Source: Bispira polyomma
Taxonomy: Eukaryota
NCBI GenBank assembly: GCA_965649765.1
Contig: OZ287752.1
Span: 42,532,001 to 42,596,000, forward strand
Length of the DNA stretch: 64,000 nucleotides
Reading direction: 5' to 3'
Positions 13,301 to 26,432 of this stretch are shown piece after piece. The notes beneath the pieces are model-generated. The model did no database searches. It was not told the DNA's origin and saw only the letters and a program-made list of their open reading frames with translations. Numbering within the stretch: position 1 is the stretch's first letter; every line of letters begins with the position of its first letter. Both the position numbers and the translations under genes were made by a program.

Positions 13301-14859
13301 AACACCAAAGCATAAACTATTGATTTTTATTATGTGTAAATGTAATCTAACTTTTAAGTGTGATCCTTTCACTAAAACTGTGGCACAGCAGGTGAAAGTA
13401 GTGCAGGTGGCCTGGAGACTATTATAGCTACAGGGAGGTACATAAGGAGAACGTTAATTAGAATTTTGTTAATGTGTACTAGCCTGTTGCATATAATCCA
13501 TGCACAATGTTACAGTAAAATTACGTTTAATGTCCGATAACCAGATACAGCATTGTATGCATGGTAAAAGCTTTATCTAATCTTGTCCAATCATATCACT
13601 TTTTTGTTTTTTTTTCAGATTAGATTTTTCTGGATCTAGTTCACAAGAACCGTTAAGGCTACGGAACCTTGGGGAATGTTCAATGAAATCCGGAGATAGT
13701 GAGTACAATTTGAGAACCAATTTGCAACAGTATCAGAGTTCTGTTTTGGTAATATTCTGAAAAACAAAGACATATTTCAGTGGAGACTTCAACGTTACAA
13801 AAAAAATCCTGCTAAAAGTAGTGTCGATTTCAAGTTATAAATGATGATTTGTCCTTTAAAAGACAAAAATTCGCAGCTTAGATTAAGCCTTTTTTGTTGT
13901 TCAAGTAAGGTTTTATTACAAAACTATACCTGTAGATGATGTACAATGACAAGAAATCTAACATTTTTACCTGAGCACTTTCATAAAAAGTAGGAATTCA
14001 CTGAAATAACAAAAAAGACGAAGCTGATTGGACCATGCTGCTAAATTTTCTCATTGCAGGAAACTTACCTTTTCTCTGTCCAGTTCAAACTTTAGACTTG
14101 AACCATAACTATGACTCTCTGTTACAATTTATTGTACATGTAGATTTGACTGCCAATCACTATATTCCCATTTTATGATGCCACCAGTGGGCAATAATGT
14201 GTTGTGTGACCTCAATTTAAGTTAATGTTGAGATGAGAGTAAATGTAGCATTTTCTGTATGGCTGAGCTCTTCACAACTTAATAACAGCCATGTAATATG
14301 CTGCTCCTCCTGTGCAGTGCCACCACTCAGCGGCTTCCAAGGCTAGATAAACAAGCTCTTAATACACCATTTTTCATCAATCTGGCCTTTGAAATAAGAA
14401 TGACAATATCTTTTGCAGTCAGCTCAGTACAACTCGTAATATGCCTAATCCAATATAGCCATGAGAAAATTACCACTGGCAAAAAATATCAGACTCTTAG
14501 ATAGCTTTCTGCCTTGCATGGTTATCATGAAAATTTGGAGAAGGAGAGGCCTGGTACTTCTATAAAATAGGTAGCAGAACATGGGAAAGAAATTCTTTGT
14601 CAAAGAACTATTGTCCCTCCACACAGATAAACGGTGTCACATCTGTTTTTATTCAGATTTGTGAATCCCTCAAACCTCATGTGATTGTTATGTAACAATG
14701 CTTGTTATGAAATAGTATTTTTATACAGACACGGAAACAGTGTGCTACATTTTAAATTTATACCTGAAAGGGAAGTTTTTTTGGTAAGGGAAAGAAGTAG
14801 TTTTTTTTCCTGCAAACCACCGACCATTAGCAAATATACTGCCATCTTTTTTTCATGTG

Positions 14860-15065
14860 CATGCTATAGGCATGCTTTAAAATCACTAGCATCTCACCTC
14901 TTGGGATTGAATCCCACAGATTTCGTTTTCATGAGAGAAAGTTTGTCAGGTACCTGCCGTAAGTCGATGGTTTTCACAGTAGCTTCAGCAGCACTCTCCG
15001 CTACCCCTAATTATGGCTGTCGCAATATGACCAAAGCTGTTAAAAGTGATTTAAAACTTAAATAA
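14860..15065 (+). mobile_element. Degenerate V-SINE-like SINE, duplication I copy 2
   Basis: AAAGTTTGTCAGGTACCTGCCGTAAGTCGATGGTTTT ... GCTGTTAAAAGTGATTTAAA. Confidence 0.6.
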
Positions 15066-16849
15066 ATTCCAAATAAATTCCATATGCATGCTTGGGGTTT
15101 AGCTTGAACCTTGACTGGATACATAGTAGACGTGTGTTATCATAGAGTCCAGATTCCTTGGTTTGTTTGTCACAAGGATTACAGAAAAAAAACAATGAAT
15201 CAATTAACATCAAATTTGGTGGAGGTTGTCGAGCCAGGAATTGCCACTGTGGTGCCTTGGCAGAGGTATGCACTCTCCTATGTGTCCTTCTAGTAATACG
15301 GGTAAATAACTTCAGCATTTGACTCTGTCTATGGGACATGAGTCTTCAATTAAACACCACCAATGGCAGTTACTTAAACCGACCGATGTCTCCTGTGGTA
15401 CCAATACATTCACCCGGATGCTTTAATTTTCTAAACAACTTTTTGTCAGCATATTTTTTCGTTTGAGGCAGTGTGTGAAGTATTTTTAGTTACAACTTGA
15501 ATCTATTTGTAACAAGAACTGACTGAAGAAAGACCGGCTGATATTGATTTTTTGGGAGACTTAGATTAAGTTCTTTATTAGTCTGAGAGGTAAGCTTTGT
15601 AAGGTCACATACTGCTAATACTTTTAAACACTAGAGTTACTGCAATTCATTTTCAATGTCACTGTAAGGGTTACATTTATAGATTCTAATATGATCAACT
15701 GAAAGGTATTTCACACAAAAGAAGACCCTTAAAGCAGTCATCATCTCCAAAGGCAAGACGCAGATTTTTATCTAGTAATCACCTTCATTCATTAGTTGCA
15801 TTTTCCACCTGGCCCAGTTTTTCAGGTGTCCCCAGAGGTAGATAGATGTCGTTAGTGCCAGTATAAGGTGTGTGAACACTACATCAGTGAGATGGGGTAA
15901 AAACAACAGTACAAGGATCAAACAGAAAACTACCACTATCTACAAAAGGCCTAGGTATATGGTACCATGTTACCAATGGTGAATAGAATCCAGATAAGCA
16001 ATTGTCACAACAAGATGTAAATGCATTAAAAACACTCCAACACCATGCACAATTGGCAAAGACGCCCGCTAAGTTGTGCAGCCAGTTCAATTAAATATAA
16101 ACAGCAATTTTAAGCTTTATTCTGAGGGTGTGACAGAAATCAATCGACTCCAGCCACTAGCAGAGACGAATTAGCTGCTTCAACCAAACTCAGCTCCCGC
16201 ATAGAGATTTTTATTTGTTCCAACAATAACAAAAATAAGGCAGTTAATAAGGAATGAACCGTTGGTATTTACAAGAAAAAATATACTACAAGATAACCCA
16301 TCCTCAGTTAATATTGTATAATGTAACATTTGAGTGACTGTATTAGTATACCTTCTTTCTGTGCAACCAGGTTTTAGCACTCACTTAGCATAGTCAGGTT
16401 AACATTTATACACATTGATACTATATGTAGTCATCACGGAGTCAAGTTATGTAATCTCATTGTATCTACTCTATATATCTCACAACTGAGTCAAGTTATG
16501 TAATCTCCTTGTATTTATTTTACATTCCTTTCCACTGAGGTTAATATTAAGATTGCAACATCCAGTTGTTTACAGCATCCGGGAAGTTTGATATGTAGAT
16601 GACTTGACAATAATCAGAATTATTGGGCGTATAAAAGTTGGCAAGAAACGTTAAATTTATATAAGGTAAAACAATACCAAATAAATTGACCCGTTGTAAA
16701 TATCACGGGCTAATAATTTTCTTAATTTATAACCTGCATTTTGTATGTAACAACAGTATTTATAGGTTACCAATCTCCACAAAAGTGTTAATAGATTGAC
16801 ACAAAGTGTTGCAGAATTCGGTACTCTTGCCTTGGCGATATAGAAGTGC

Positions 16850-17558
16850 CACATAGTAGTTGGATTGGTATGATAACCAAGATATGCTACATAGTAGTTG
16901 GACTGGTATGATAACCAAGACATGCTACATAGTAGTTGGACTGGTATGATAACCAAGACATGCTACATAGTAGTTGGACTGGTATGACAACCAAGACATG
17001 CTACATAGTTGTTGGGCTGGTATGACAACCAAGACATGCTACATAGTAGTTGGACTGGTATGACAACCAAGACATGCTACATAGTAGTTGGATTGGTATA
17101 ACAACCAAGACATGTTACATAGTAGTTGGACTGGTATGACAACCAAGACATGCTACATAGTAGTTGGACTGGTATGACAACCAAGACATGCTACATAGTA
17201 GTTGGACTGGTATAACAACCAACACATGCTACATAGTAGTTGGACTGGTGTAACAACCAACACATGCTACATAGTAGTTGGACTGGTGTAACAACCAAGA
17301 GATGCTACATAGTAATTCGACTGGTGTAACAGCCAAGAGATGCTACATAGTAGTTCGACTGGTGTAACAACCAAGAGATGCTACATAGTAGTTGGACTGG
17401 TGTAACAACCCAAGAGATGCTACATAGTAGTTGGACTGGTGTAACAACCAAGAGATGCTACATAGTAGTTGGGCTGGTATAACAACGAAAACATGCTACA
17501 TATTGGCTCAAAAGGTATAACAACCAAGACATGCTACATAGTAGTTCGAAAGGTATAA
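16850..17558. repeat. 38-bp minisatellite, ~18-19 copies
   Basis: Unit ACATAGTAGTTGGACTGGTATGACAACCAAGACATGCT, head-to-tail with no spacers. Confidence 0.97.
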
Positions 17559-20500
17559 CAGATATGTAATGTTCTTTACAGGCTGGTTTTAAATGGGGAT
17601 AATTGCAGCTCTAGACATTGTGATGGTGCTGTTTAAAGATTTAGATGTACTAAACATAAGTTTATTTTGATACAGCTGTTCTTTATAACTGAATTATAAC
17701 AACCTTTACTAATTTATTATTGGTCAAAAGGTGGAGTTTAATCATTACGAGGATATACTTTTCTTAATTATTACTTAATTACTTAATTTTTACTTTCAAT
17801 TTTAACAATTGTGAGTCATATATATATATATAATTGACAGCTATTGTAGTGTGGGATTGTTTGCATAGTTTGTAAATTTACATCAACAACAAAAACTCGG
17901 CAGATGTTCCATATTTCTTCTATTACAAGGACATGTCAACTTGTTCTGGGGCTTGCTTTATCAGTCTGAACTACTCATTAGAAATTTTACACCCTATCAG
18001 GCACTTTTACTGGCAACAACTTAGCCAACTAATTAGGGGAATGGACTATTTATCATTTCCAACTGAATCACTTTGTCAATTCTTTTTATTAGAGTGAAGT
18101 GTCAATGTAGAATAGCAATACTTGGTTTGTTGCCGAAGCTTACAGAAATGTATTCGAAAGCAAGTATTTGTGTACATGGCAACATCACTGGTTAAGGGAC
18201 AATAAAGGGAATAAGTGACTGGTATTATCTACAAGTATGTGTGCAGCTTTAACTAAACATAATTATTTTAAAAATCTCAATTGGCTGGATGGCAAAAGTA
18301 TTATGTGTGACCTACATTTTGCAAGATACCTTTAATCAATTTGCCCTTTCACGCCTACTAGACAACGTCTTATCAGCTGTTTGGAAACAAAGATAGAATT
18401 CAAACTTTATCTCAGGCTTTGTTCTAACACGTTTTTGTGAAGATATTGTAGGGTTTTGTGCTTATTGTGTCAGATGCTCTATAATGTTGTGGTACATACC
18501 CAGTACTAACATACCTCTCTTCAAGGGCAGACACAAGTTATTTGAAAATAATAATTTTACAACTAACAGATCACTTTCTAGCAGCTCCAATCTATTTGCC
18601 CTCCAACTACCAACCCCGCCCCAAATGCTATCGTTTGATTAGCTGTTTGCATTTAATTTGGCTGTTACACTTGCAAGATGTATTATTTTCAATATACTTT
18701 CAACAAACAACCCGTATTATGTCGCTACAGACAGTTTATTTGTGGAGAAAATTTTATGGTTTCCTGCAGTTAAAATAACCGGCCTTCAGCAAATCTACTG
18801 CCAACTTTATTAGAGACATGCTGTGGATGTTAAATATACCGGCTTGTAGAGCTAAATACTGAGAGGAATCTTACCCACAGCACCAAGGCGGACACACAAG
18901 GTTGTCATGGTTAGGAAATTGTGTTCTAATCAGGCAGAGCCTCATATTGTTCTTATTCTCAAAAAGGCACTGCCATGTTTGAAAAAATATGTAAGGCCTT
19001 CATATATTAATTGGAAGCAATCGATCTATCCAAACTGAGGGGTATCAGATTATGTATAGTATATTTGTAGGGCTGAGTATATAGTGGCCATATCAATTAA
19101 CGTTGTGCCTGTGTCTTTTTTAAGAGACAACTCTTGTTTTTCATACCAATTTTTATTCTCAAACAGAAAGTGTAAAAGAGACATCTATCCCACCCGTACT
19201 AATTTAAACTACCTCTAATTTGTATAAAGCTTGTATCGTCTTTGTGAAATAGATTGTGGTCTCTAGTCTGGACAGTGAACCCAGATTCAGATGAATTATT
19301 AGTCTAAACCGAGCATAAGATGGGACTCTTTGCCATCCCACCCAGTCCCCCATTGTCAGTCAGTCTTATTACCAGGCACAGTCTGATGTTGTTTTCATTC
19401 TAAAAAGGGTGCCACCATAGAAAAGGGCTCCGCTATCATAAAGATAACATGTTAAGGCATCCATTGATTGAGTAGATGCAATTGACTCATCCAAACTGAG
19501 AGGTGTCCGATTTATTGTTATCAGGAGCAGCCTGCCTGAGTATATAGTGCTCATATCAACGTTAGTGTATTTCGCCTTTGCCTTCAAAAAAAAAAAACTC
19601 TTGTAAGCTGCTGGAAAACATACAAATCTACAACTACATAACAAGAGGATCACTAATACTGATGTTTCCTGATGCCTCCCAGCTATCACTGTATTGCCTG
19701 TATTTGTACTGACCACAACTGGGGAAAGATAATACTTAATGATTATTTTAACCGATAGCTCTTCATGTCATTAAAATGACTAATGTCCAATAAAGTGTCA
19801 ATATCTGGTTAAAGCCCTCTACTTTGTGTCTGTTATTGTTAAGGCCATAATACCACTAATTGACCTCAAGGACAGAAACACTGTAACCCAAAATCCTGAT
19901 CCATTTGTACAAATGCCAAATCCAGGAGATATAATGACTTAGGAAAACTGTCTCTCATTATATTGCAAATCCAAAATGTTTACTCGTTCTGTGTTTAATT
20001 AAAAAATGCAATTGTTATAGTTTTAAGCATATTTCCTGGGGCTATTAATATTTTTGCGTTTTGGGGGTATGAACAAAGTTTTTTTTTTCGGTATTTGAAT
20101 TTCAGCCCGATAGTTCTTGAGATGTTCATATTTGATGTTCAACAAACTTTAAAGGGAGAAAGACCTTTTGCATATAAATGTAGTTGTAATCAGTCACTAT
20201 TTGAATTTCCAGTTAATACTGTATCTTATTTCACAACACCCAGTATTAACTAATCTACTTCTTGAGGTTTTGAAACAAAACAGACAGAATAAAGTAGGCA
20301 GTCAAATTATGATTAACTCCATAGATTATCCATGCTTAACCTCTTGCAGAAAACCACACTTTTTGTTCTAATATCAAAGGGGGCTGCACTCCCAAAGGCC
20401 AGGTCATCAGTATTGACACTATGTGAACAAAATATATTTACAGAAAACAAAAGGATGAAAGAATAAACTCCCCTAATACAGAATTCACATCAAAGTTTTG

Positions 20501-20755
20501 CATGGCCAATAATATTGACCACTCCTTTGAATAGAGAGGTGTTGTATCTAGAACCAATATGACCTTTGAAATTGATCTTGTGTTTATTCAAAAAAACAAA
20601 TACACATGTTAAAGAACTTTGGTGAATCTAGATATAGTAAACCATCTCAAAATGTGCCACATATAGGTAAAATTTGACAATTTTGGATTCTCATCTTATT
20701 TTTATATATCATTCTAATATTCCTTTAGAGATGTCCATCTTTTTTATCTCACTTC

Positions 20756-20972
20756 TACGGAAGCCTATACAGGTCATACTTTAAAGAAAAAAAATTATCT
20801 TGTAACTACAAGATAGGCGTTTCTCGTAATTACAAGATAGCTTTATCTTGTTATTACAAAATATGGCTATCTTGTAATTACAAGATATGGCTATCTTGTA
20901 ATTACGAGAAACATCTATATTGTAATTACTAGATAATTATTTTTTAATGTGTGACCTATATTGGCTTTCGTA
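20756..20972. mobile_element. MITE with ~40-bp TIRs and internal palindromic repeats
   Basis: TACGGAAGCCTATACAGGTCATAC... is the reverse complement of ...GTGTGACCTATATTGGCTTTCGTA. The interior is ~7 copies of ATCTTGTAATTACAAGAT-like palindromes. Confidence 0.85.
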
Positions 20973-23900
20973 CACTATTCTTAGTTTTCAAGGTTGTATC
21001 ATTTTGAAGGATGTTAGCTTCACACCACGCCTGTTTGAGTCTCATCCAGCTTCAGGTACTTTAGGTGTTGTTTTCATAACAAATTCTGGCGCTGTGTCCT
21101 ATTAAATTATATTTTACAAGTTAGCTAGATTAAAGACAATATCAAAAGTCTTATTACTAAAGTCAACAAATGTTAGATGGAACAGTTCAAACATTTCAAA
21201 GGGAAGTTACCGTGAACTGATTGACCCAGATCTCAGCCACTCAGTGACAACACATTCCTCTCACCAGAGATGGAAGCTTTGTCACGTGATGGTTTACTGT
21301 TTTTGTTGTGAAATAACGTTTGTCAGTTCAGTAACTTAGGCAATTTTATGATGCAATTTATTTTTGAAGAATGTCATGCAACCTTTACTACTAGCCTTTG
21401 TTTCTGTTACTTTAATAATTTTCCCTTATACTGTTTGAAGATGAGAGTCTAAAAGTTATTCAAATAAAAGGTTTATAGAATAACACGACTGTAACAGCAA
21501 ATACCAAGTGAGGTACCAAACTATTCTGTGTAGGATTGCTGTGATGTTGTTTTTTTTTTGTAAAGCTGTCTCAGAATTTCTTCAATCCGTCTGTCTGTTC
21601 TGAAGCCATATAAGTAATTCATTATGGCAAGAAACGTCTTTTACAAAAATAACGGTGACCCCTTAAACCAGGCTTAAGTAGAGAAGCCTGTAAAAAGACA
21701 AAACATTGATTTACCCGCCAAAGTGAACGTCAGCAGACGACTTTTTTCTTATGTTAAGATTACTCCAATTTTATCTTTTTCAATACTTGTAACTTTTGTA
21801 ACCAGGATTTAAACATGTTACATACTCATGATAACTAAAGTCTACTTGATATTTCTTTATAGCATTGTCATCTAAATTTTTCGAAAAGCTTCACATCACA
21901 GACTTTAGTTTTAATGACAAGACGTCAGCCAAGAGATTACACTTCTGTAAGTAGTAGTGTACAAGTCTACACTATGCACTTTATCAGTTGTTTATTTAAG
22001 TTTTTGCCACTTACTAGCTGAGTGACAAACCATTTCTGCATAAAAATACATTCTACTGACACTAAGTCTCTCTCACTATTCTCGCCTACTTTCACATGCA
22101 GCCCAAGTGTGTGCAGGAAGTCACCAAAACCTGATCCAGTTTAAAAATAGCACCAAACTTTGTGAGTTGGGTGTAATAGAATATGAGCCAGTGACTCGAG
22201 TCATTTGTGGTTCATTTGAGAGCAAAGCCAGGTAATGATATAGAGGGTGTTGGATTGGTGGGGCAGGAAAGAAGTTCAGCAACCGGAGTGTGGGACAAAA
22301 GGGGGACTGGTGTGAGATCGGATACTGAGGCAGATCCATCTCAACTCTTATGGGCTTCTGATGTTATTTTGGTGTATATATGAATGGTTGGGACGGAATA
22401 GTTTTAATACACAAAAATATACTGATGTACAAATAATGGACAGACGGAAATGCATAAAATATCTTAGTAAAAAAGTTATGATTGCACCGGCATGCATCAA
22501 TGTACTTAAAGATAATATAAGGGAGACTTCCCTAGAATGGGCTACTGCGTGTAAATTTCAGTGTCAATTTGGTGACACTGTTCTATCAACAGGAATAACA
22601 GCCTGTCTCTATGTAAACAGTTCTCTTCATTTCACCAGTTCCGGTTTGGCTTTCTCTTTATTATTTTCAAAAGGTTTGTGTTGATTTGTACTAAACTAGC
22701 AGAGTCACATTTCACTACAAGAATTTTTTTTTTTGTGGAGACAAAAAAAACGATTGAATTATCTTGTGTCAAAAGGAGGAGAGGACTGTTCCTTGGTGAT
22801 TGTAGAGTTAAATAACTGCACAGCAATCAGGTCCCATTGTCAGTTTATTGGGAACTCCCTGTATATGTGTGTTTGTGTCTTAAAGCTGTGTCTACTGACA
22901 ATAACTACTAGTACTGTGTGGTGGTTTTGGACGTGGTATCTTCAAGGAATTGTGTCATTAAAAACAACAATATAAAGCATGGATGTTTATGGATATTAGC
23001 TTAGGATATCATTTGCACTTGTCAAGGTAAAGAAAATTATTTAATATGATATATTTAAATATTCATAGTTAACTCTGACTTGAGTCAGACACATTTTAAA
23101 AAAATAATCTTCACATTACATAATGTATTTCAAATGTGCCTGCATATGGAAATTCAGTGTCAAAAGCTTTGTATTACATTTAAATACTTTTGAGAAATAA
23201 GTGAAAATTGACATGGAATTTTCATTGAACCGAGTCTGAGTTTCTATTCCATTTTTTACTTCTAGAATTAGTCGGATATTATATGTCTAAATTTTTCTGT
23301 AATACTTTTTTGTCATTATTGGGATTTAGGGATATAAGTTCATATAAGACTTCGCTTCCTGCAAACACTCAGGAAGATGAGAGGTCATGGTTTTACCTAA
23401 TAGATCACTCATTTGTCATTTGAATTTAGTGCATTAGTGTCTAGCCCTAGCATTCTATCTTTAGATCCAGACTACCTGTCATTTGGTTGCTGTATTACAT
23501 TATCAATACTGCATATATATCTATTTAAATATATATGGAAATCCTATACATTTGTGCAATTAAAAAACATCAATGCTGTAAGAATGGGTTTGGTATATAT
23601 ATTTATATTCACAAAAGCATAAACATAATGACCATAATGGATCCTGTCTGGTTATGAAACAATGAGTATTTGAAGATTTGGCTTATAAATCAGTCTTCCT
23701 TTAATTAAAATACCACTTCGAATCAAGCTACTGCTGTTTCTCTATTAGTACAGCTAAAGAAAAGATTACTAATATTATTAAGAAAACCCATCTGCAGGCA
23801 ATTTGTTACATTTTGTATTTGTCTGAGTTTTAATAGTTTTAGTTAATCACAGGGAACATTATAGTTCCAAGAGAAGATTTTAATTTGCATTGATCTTTAA

Positions 23901-24380
23901 AATAAAAAGAGTCACATCCAAAATTTATTTTAGTGAAGTTTTATGCTACATTCCTAAAGTCGTAATAACAATTGCAATGGAATTGTGATACAGACTGTTG
24001 TCCTCTGAGTTTTACCCCTTAGAGAGTTGGCTGGCTTTAAGTTTGAATAAACGGATTCCAGTTCCCAGATCTTACTTTATTCAGCCATGGTGGACTAACC
24101 TACCTTTTAGTGACGAAGATAGTAAAAAATGAATGCACACATCACATAAATTTTTGCCAAAAACTGCACTTAGATTTGCACTTAGACTATTAACTACTAG
24201 CAGCATATTTAGCAGGATTATCTTATGTATACCAAGAACAGTGTACTTTAATTTAATACCTAGACTAAATAGTGTAATTTATGTTACTATACAAAATAAT
24301 ATTAGGCTATAATCTAGTCACTCTACTTTCTGTGAAATTCAGTAGGGATCCTTACTCCTCAGGGTGTGTTTTGTGAAGTA

Positions 24381-25050
24381 ATCTAATCTAATCTAATCTA
24401 GTCGTACTTTTATAGCGCTTAATCTTTGTACAACAAATTCTAAGGCGCAACAAACCCAAAACGTTAATCGAAAATCAAAAATAGTGGGCGGATGGAAGTC
24501 GTAACCAGGGAGACTACCGTAAATGGTTGCGACGGCTAAGGTGGAAAAGCCTGTTCAAAAAGATAGGCCTTCAGCTAACTCCTGAAGCTGATGTAGCTGA
24601 AGTGTAGCAGCACATTGTATGGCTCTAGCAAAGGTAGTGCTTTAGTAGAAGAATACCTGCTAATGATAGGAGTAGGAGGGCCTTATAAACCTGGGATCTG
24701 GACCACAAGAGTGTTAGGTGCAGTAGCTGGTTGGAAGTTAAAAAAGTAATGTGAGGGAATGATCAATAATAAATATATAACCACTTGCCAATAATGGATA
24801 ATGATTAATGATGGAGGAAAATAGTATGGGATAGTTTTGAAGATATGTGTTGTAAGATATGTGTCTTTCAGCAAATCAACCGCCAGCTTTCTCACAGACA
24901 TCCAATGATGGTATGTGAAGAGTAATGCAGATTTTTAAACTAGCATTGAAGTGCTACTAAGTGTGTTAATATATAGCATATCAAGAGGTGTTTTTGTAAC
25001 ACACTGTTATAATAGAGAGTTTAGATAGAATATGAATAAGTGTTTATCTG
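24381..25050 (-). mobile_element. LINE (L2 group) 3' end with (TAGAT)n tail
   Basis: Minus strand encodes LKAYLFEQAFPP (~24540-24580) and HWMSV (~24900); (ATCTA)n at 24381-24400 marks the tail. Confidence 0.75.
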
Positions 25051-25789
25051 ACAGAGTACTTAATATTGTTGATGTAGGGTTAACTACCACTGATGTAACA
25101 TATGCAGTATCACAGCCTACATATGACAGTAACCAGTGGTCTGATAAAGTGTCTAATAGACTCTAGGAAGCTGACTGACAGTGTAAGTCACAAATCAGGA
25201 TGTAACGGGGGTTAAAGTTGTGTGCACAGATAACTTCATCAACCTAAGTTAAACCTGAGTATTTTCCCATTGAAGAAGTGTCCCCTATTTTCAAATAGTG
25301 TAAACTTATTCAAGTCATTAAAAAGAACCATTAAAAGAACATGAGATAAGTTACATATGTTGCAGTCAATCGGCAAAATCAGCCATTTTACTTAATGTGT
25401 GTGACCAGTTCTTAGGTAGATGAGATATGACCTATGGTCAAAAAGGTGCCCATTAGAGGAGACACATACTCTAATTAAGGGAGGGAGGATAATTAGTGAT
25501 TGGTCAAAAGAATGATTATTGATGGATGGTAAAACAAGAATATTTTTAATGAGATAATTATAGGGTGGAACTGAGACACCATGAAGTTTTCCTGCTGGCC
25601 GCCTTATGGTCCTGGCTACTATTTACTACTGCCAAATAGAAATGATGTTTCTGCCCAAATCCATTGGTTGGATGGTTGGTTGGTTTGTCACCAGGATTAC
25701 ACAAAACCTGCTAAACCAATTAGTATGTTCTTTGTGGGAAGAGGCAGTGGCAAATGAACTATCCAGTAAATTTATCTACATGTCTACAT

Positions 25790-26045
25790 GTACAGAGTTG
25801 GTAAAATTGTAGATACACGCCTTCCTGAAATTGAAAACATTGGATTCATCTAAATGTTACCAAATGTTAACGCTATGGACCACTTTTGGATAGCCTAAGG
25901 TGATGCTCTTCATCAAAAGATGTAAAACAGTTAAGGTTAATGGAAGTGAAACAAGCTTTACAGGAAGAGTAGATAAATTTACCACAAGCACCTTACAGAC
26001 CTTGTTCAGAACATGCCTCAAAGGATGGTACCTATTGTGCACAGC
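25790..26045 (+). pseudogene. Tc1-like transposase C-terminal relic (copy A)
   Basis: Paralog of 33550-33815; PNVNAMDHFW and LQTLFRT motifs. Confidence 0.65.
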
Positions 26046-26432
26046 TAACTGCGACAGTGACAGATCTCCTAGTCTTCTGACACATCTATATGTATCGGTA
26101 ATCATATGCAAGGCACTCAACGTAAATTGGAAAAACAAAGGAAAACCAGTGAAACAAATAGAAACCCCACGTTCTCAAGTATTACAGGGTTTTCTCCACA
26201 CCAATTAGTAATCAATACACGACACACAGACAGGGCTGATGTCACTGTTCTTAGATAAGACCCTCAAATGTCTCACCTCTTTAACTGCTTCTGATTTACT
26301 TCTGATATAGCAGCCTGTGCCAAGCTTTCATTAACACTAGCCAACCATTTGTCAGCAATAAAACAGAGACGTGATATTTTGTACTATTTTTTTTATTTGA
26401 CCTGCCACTTTCTTTGAGTACTCTCAAGCTTA

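Larger units (their letters stand above)
10990..16640 (+). repeat. Segmental duplication I, copy 2
   Basis: Direct-orientation paralog of 4760-10790. The ORF track shows the same peptides in both copies (e.g. DKQALNTP..INLAFEIRMT at 7789 and 14298). Confidence 0.95.

Noticed and set aside
16850-17558. CRISPR-like array
   Set aside because: Head-to-tail 38-bp units without unique spacers, no cas genes, eukaryotic context.
22975-23035. Signal-peptide first exon ending AAG|GTAAAG
   Set aside because: The first ATG frame and the hydrophobic frame both hit TAG; the remaining open frame is not signal-like.
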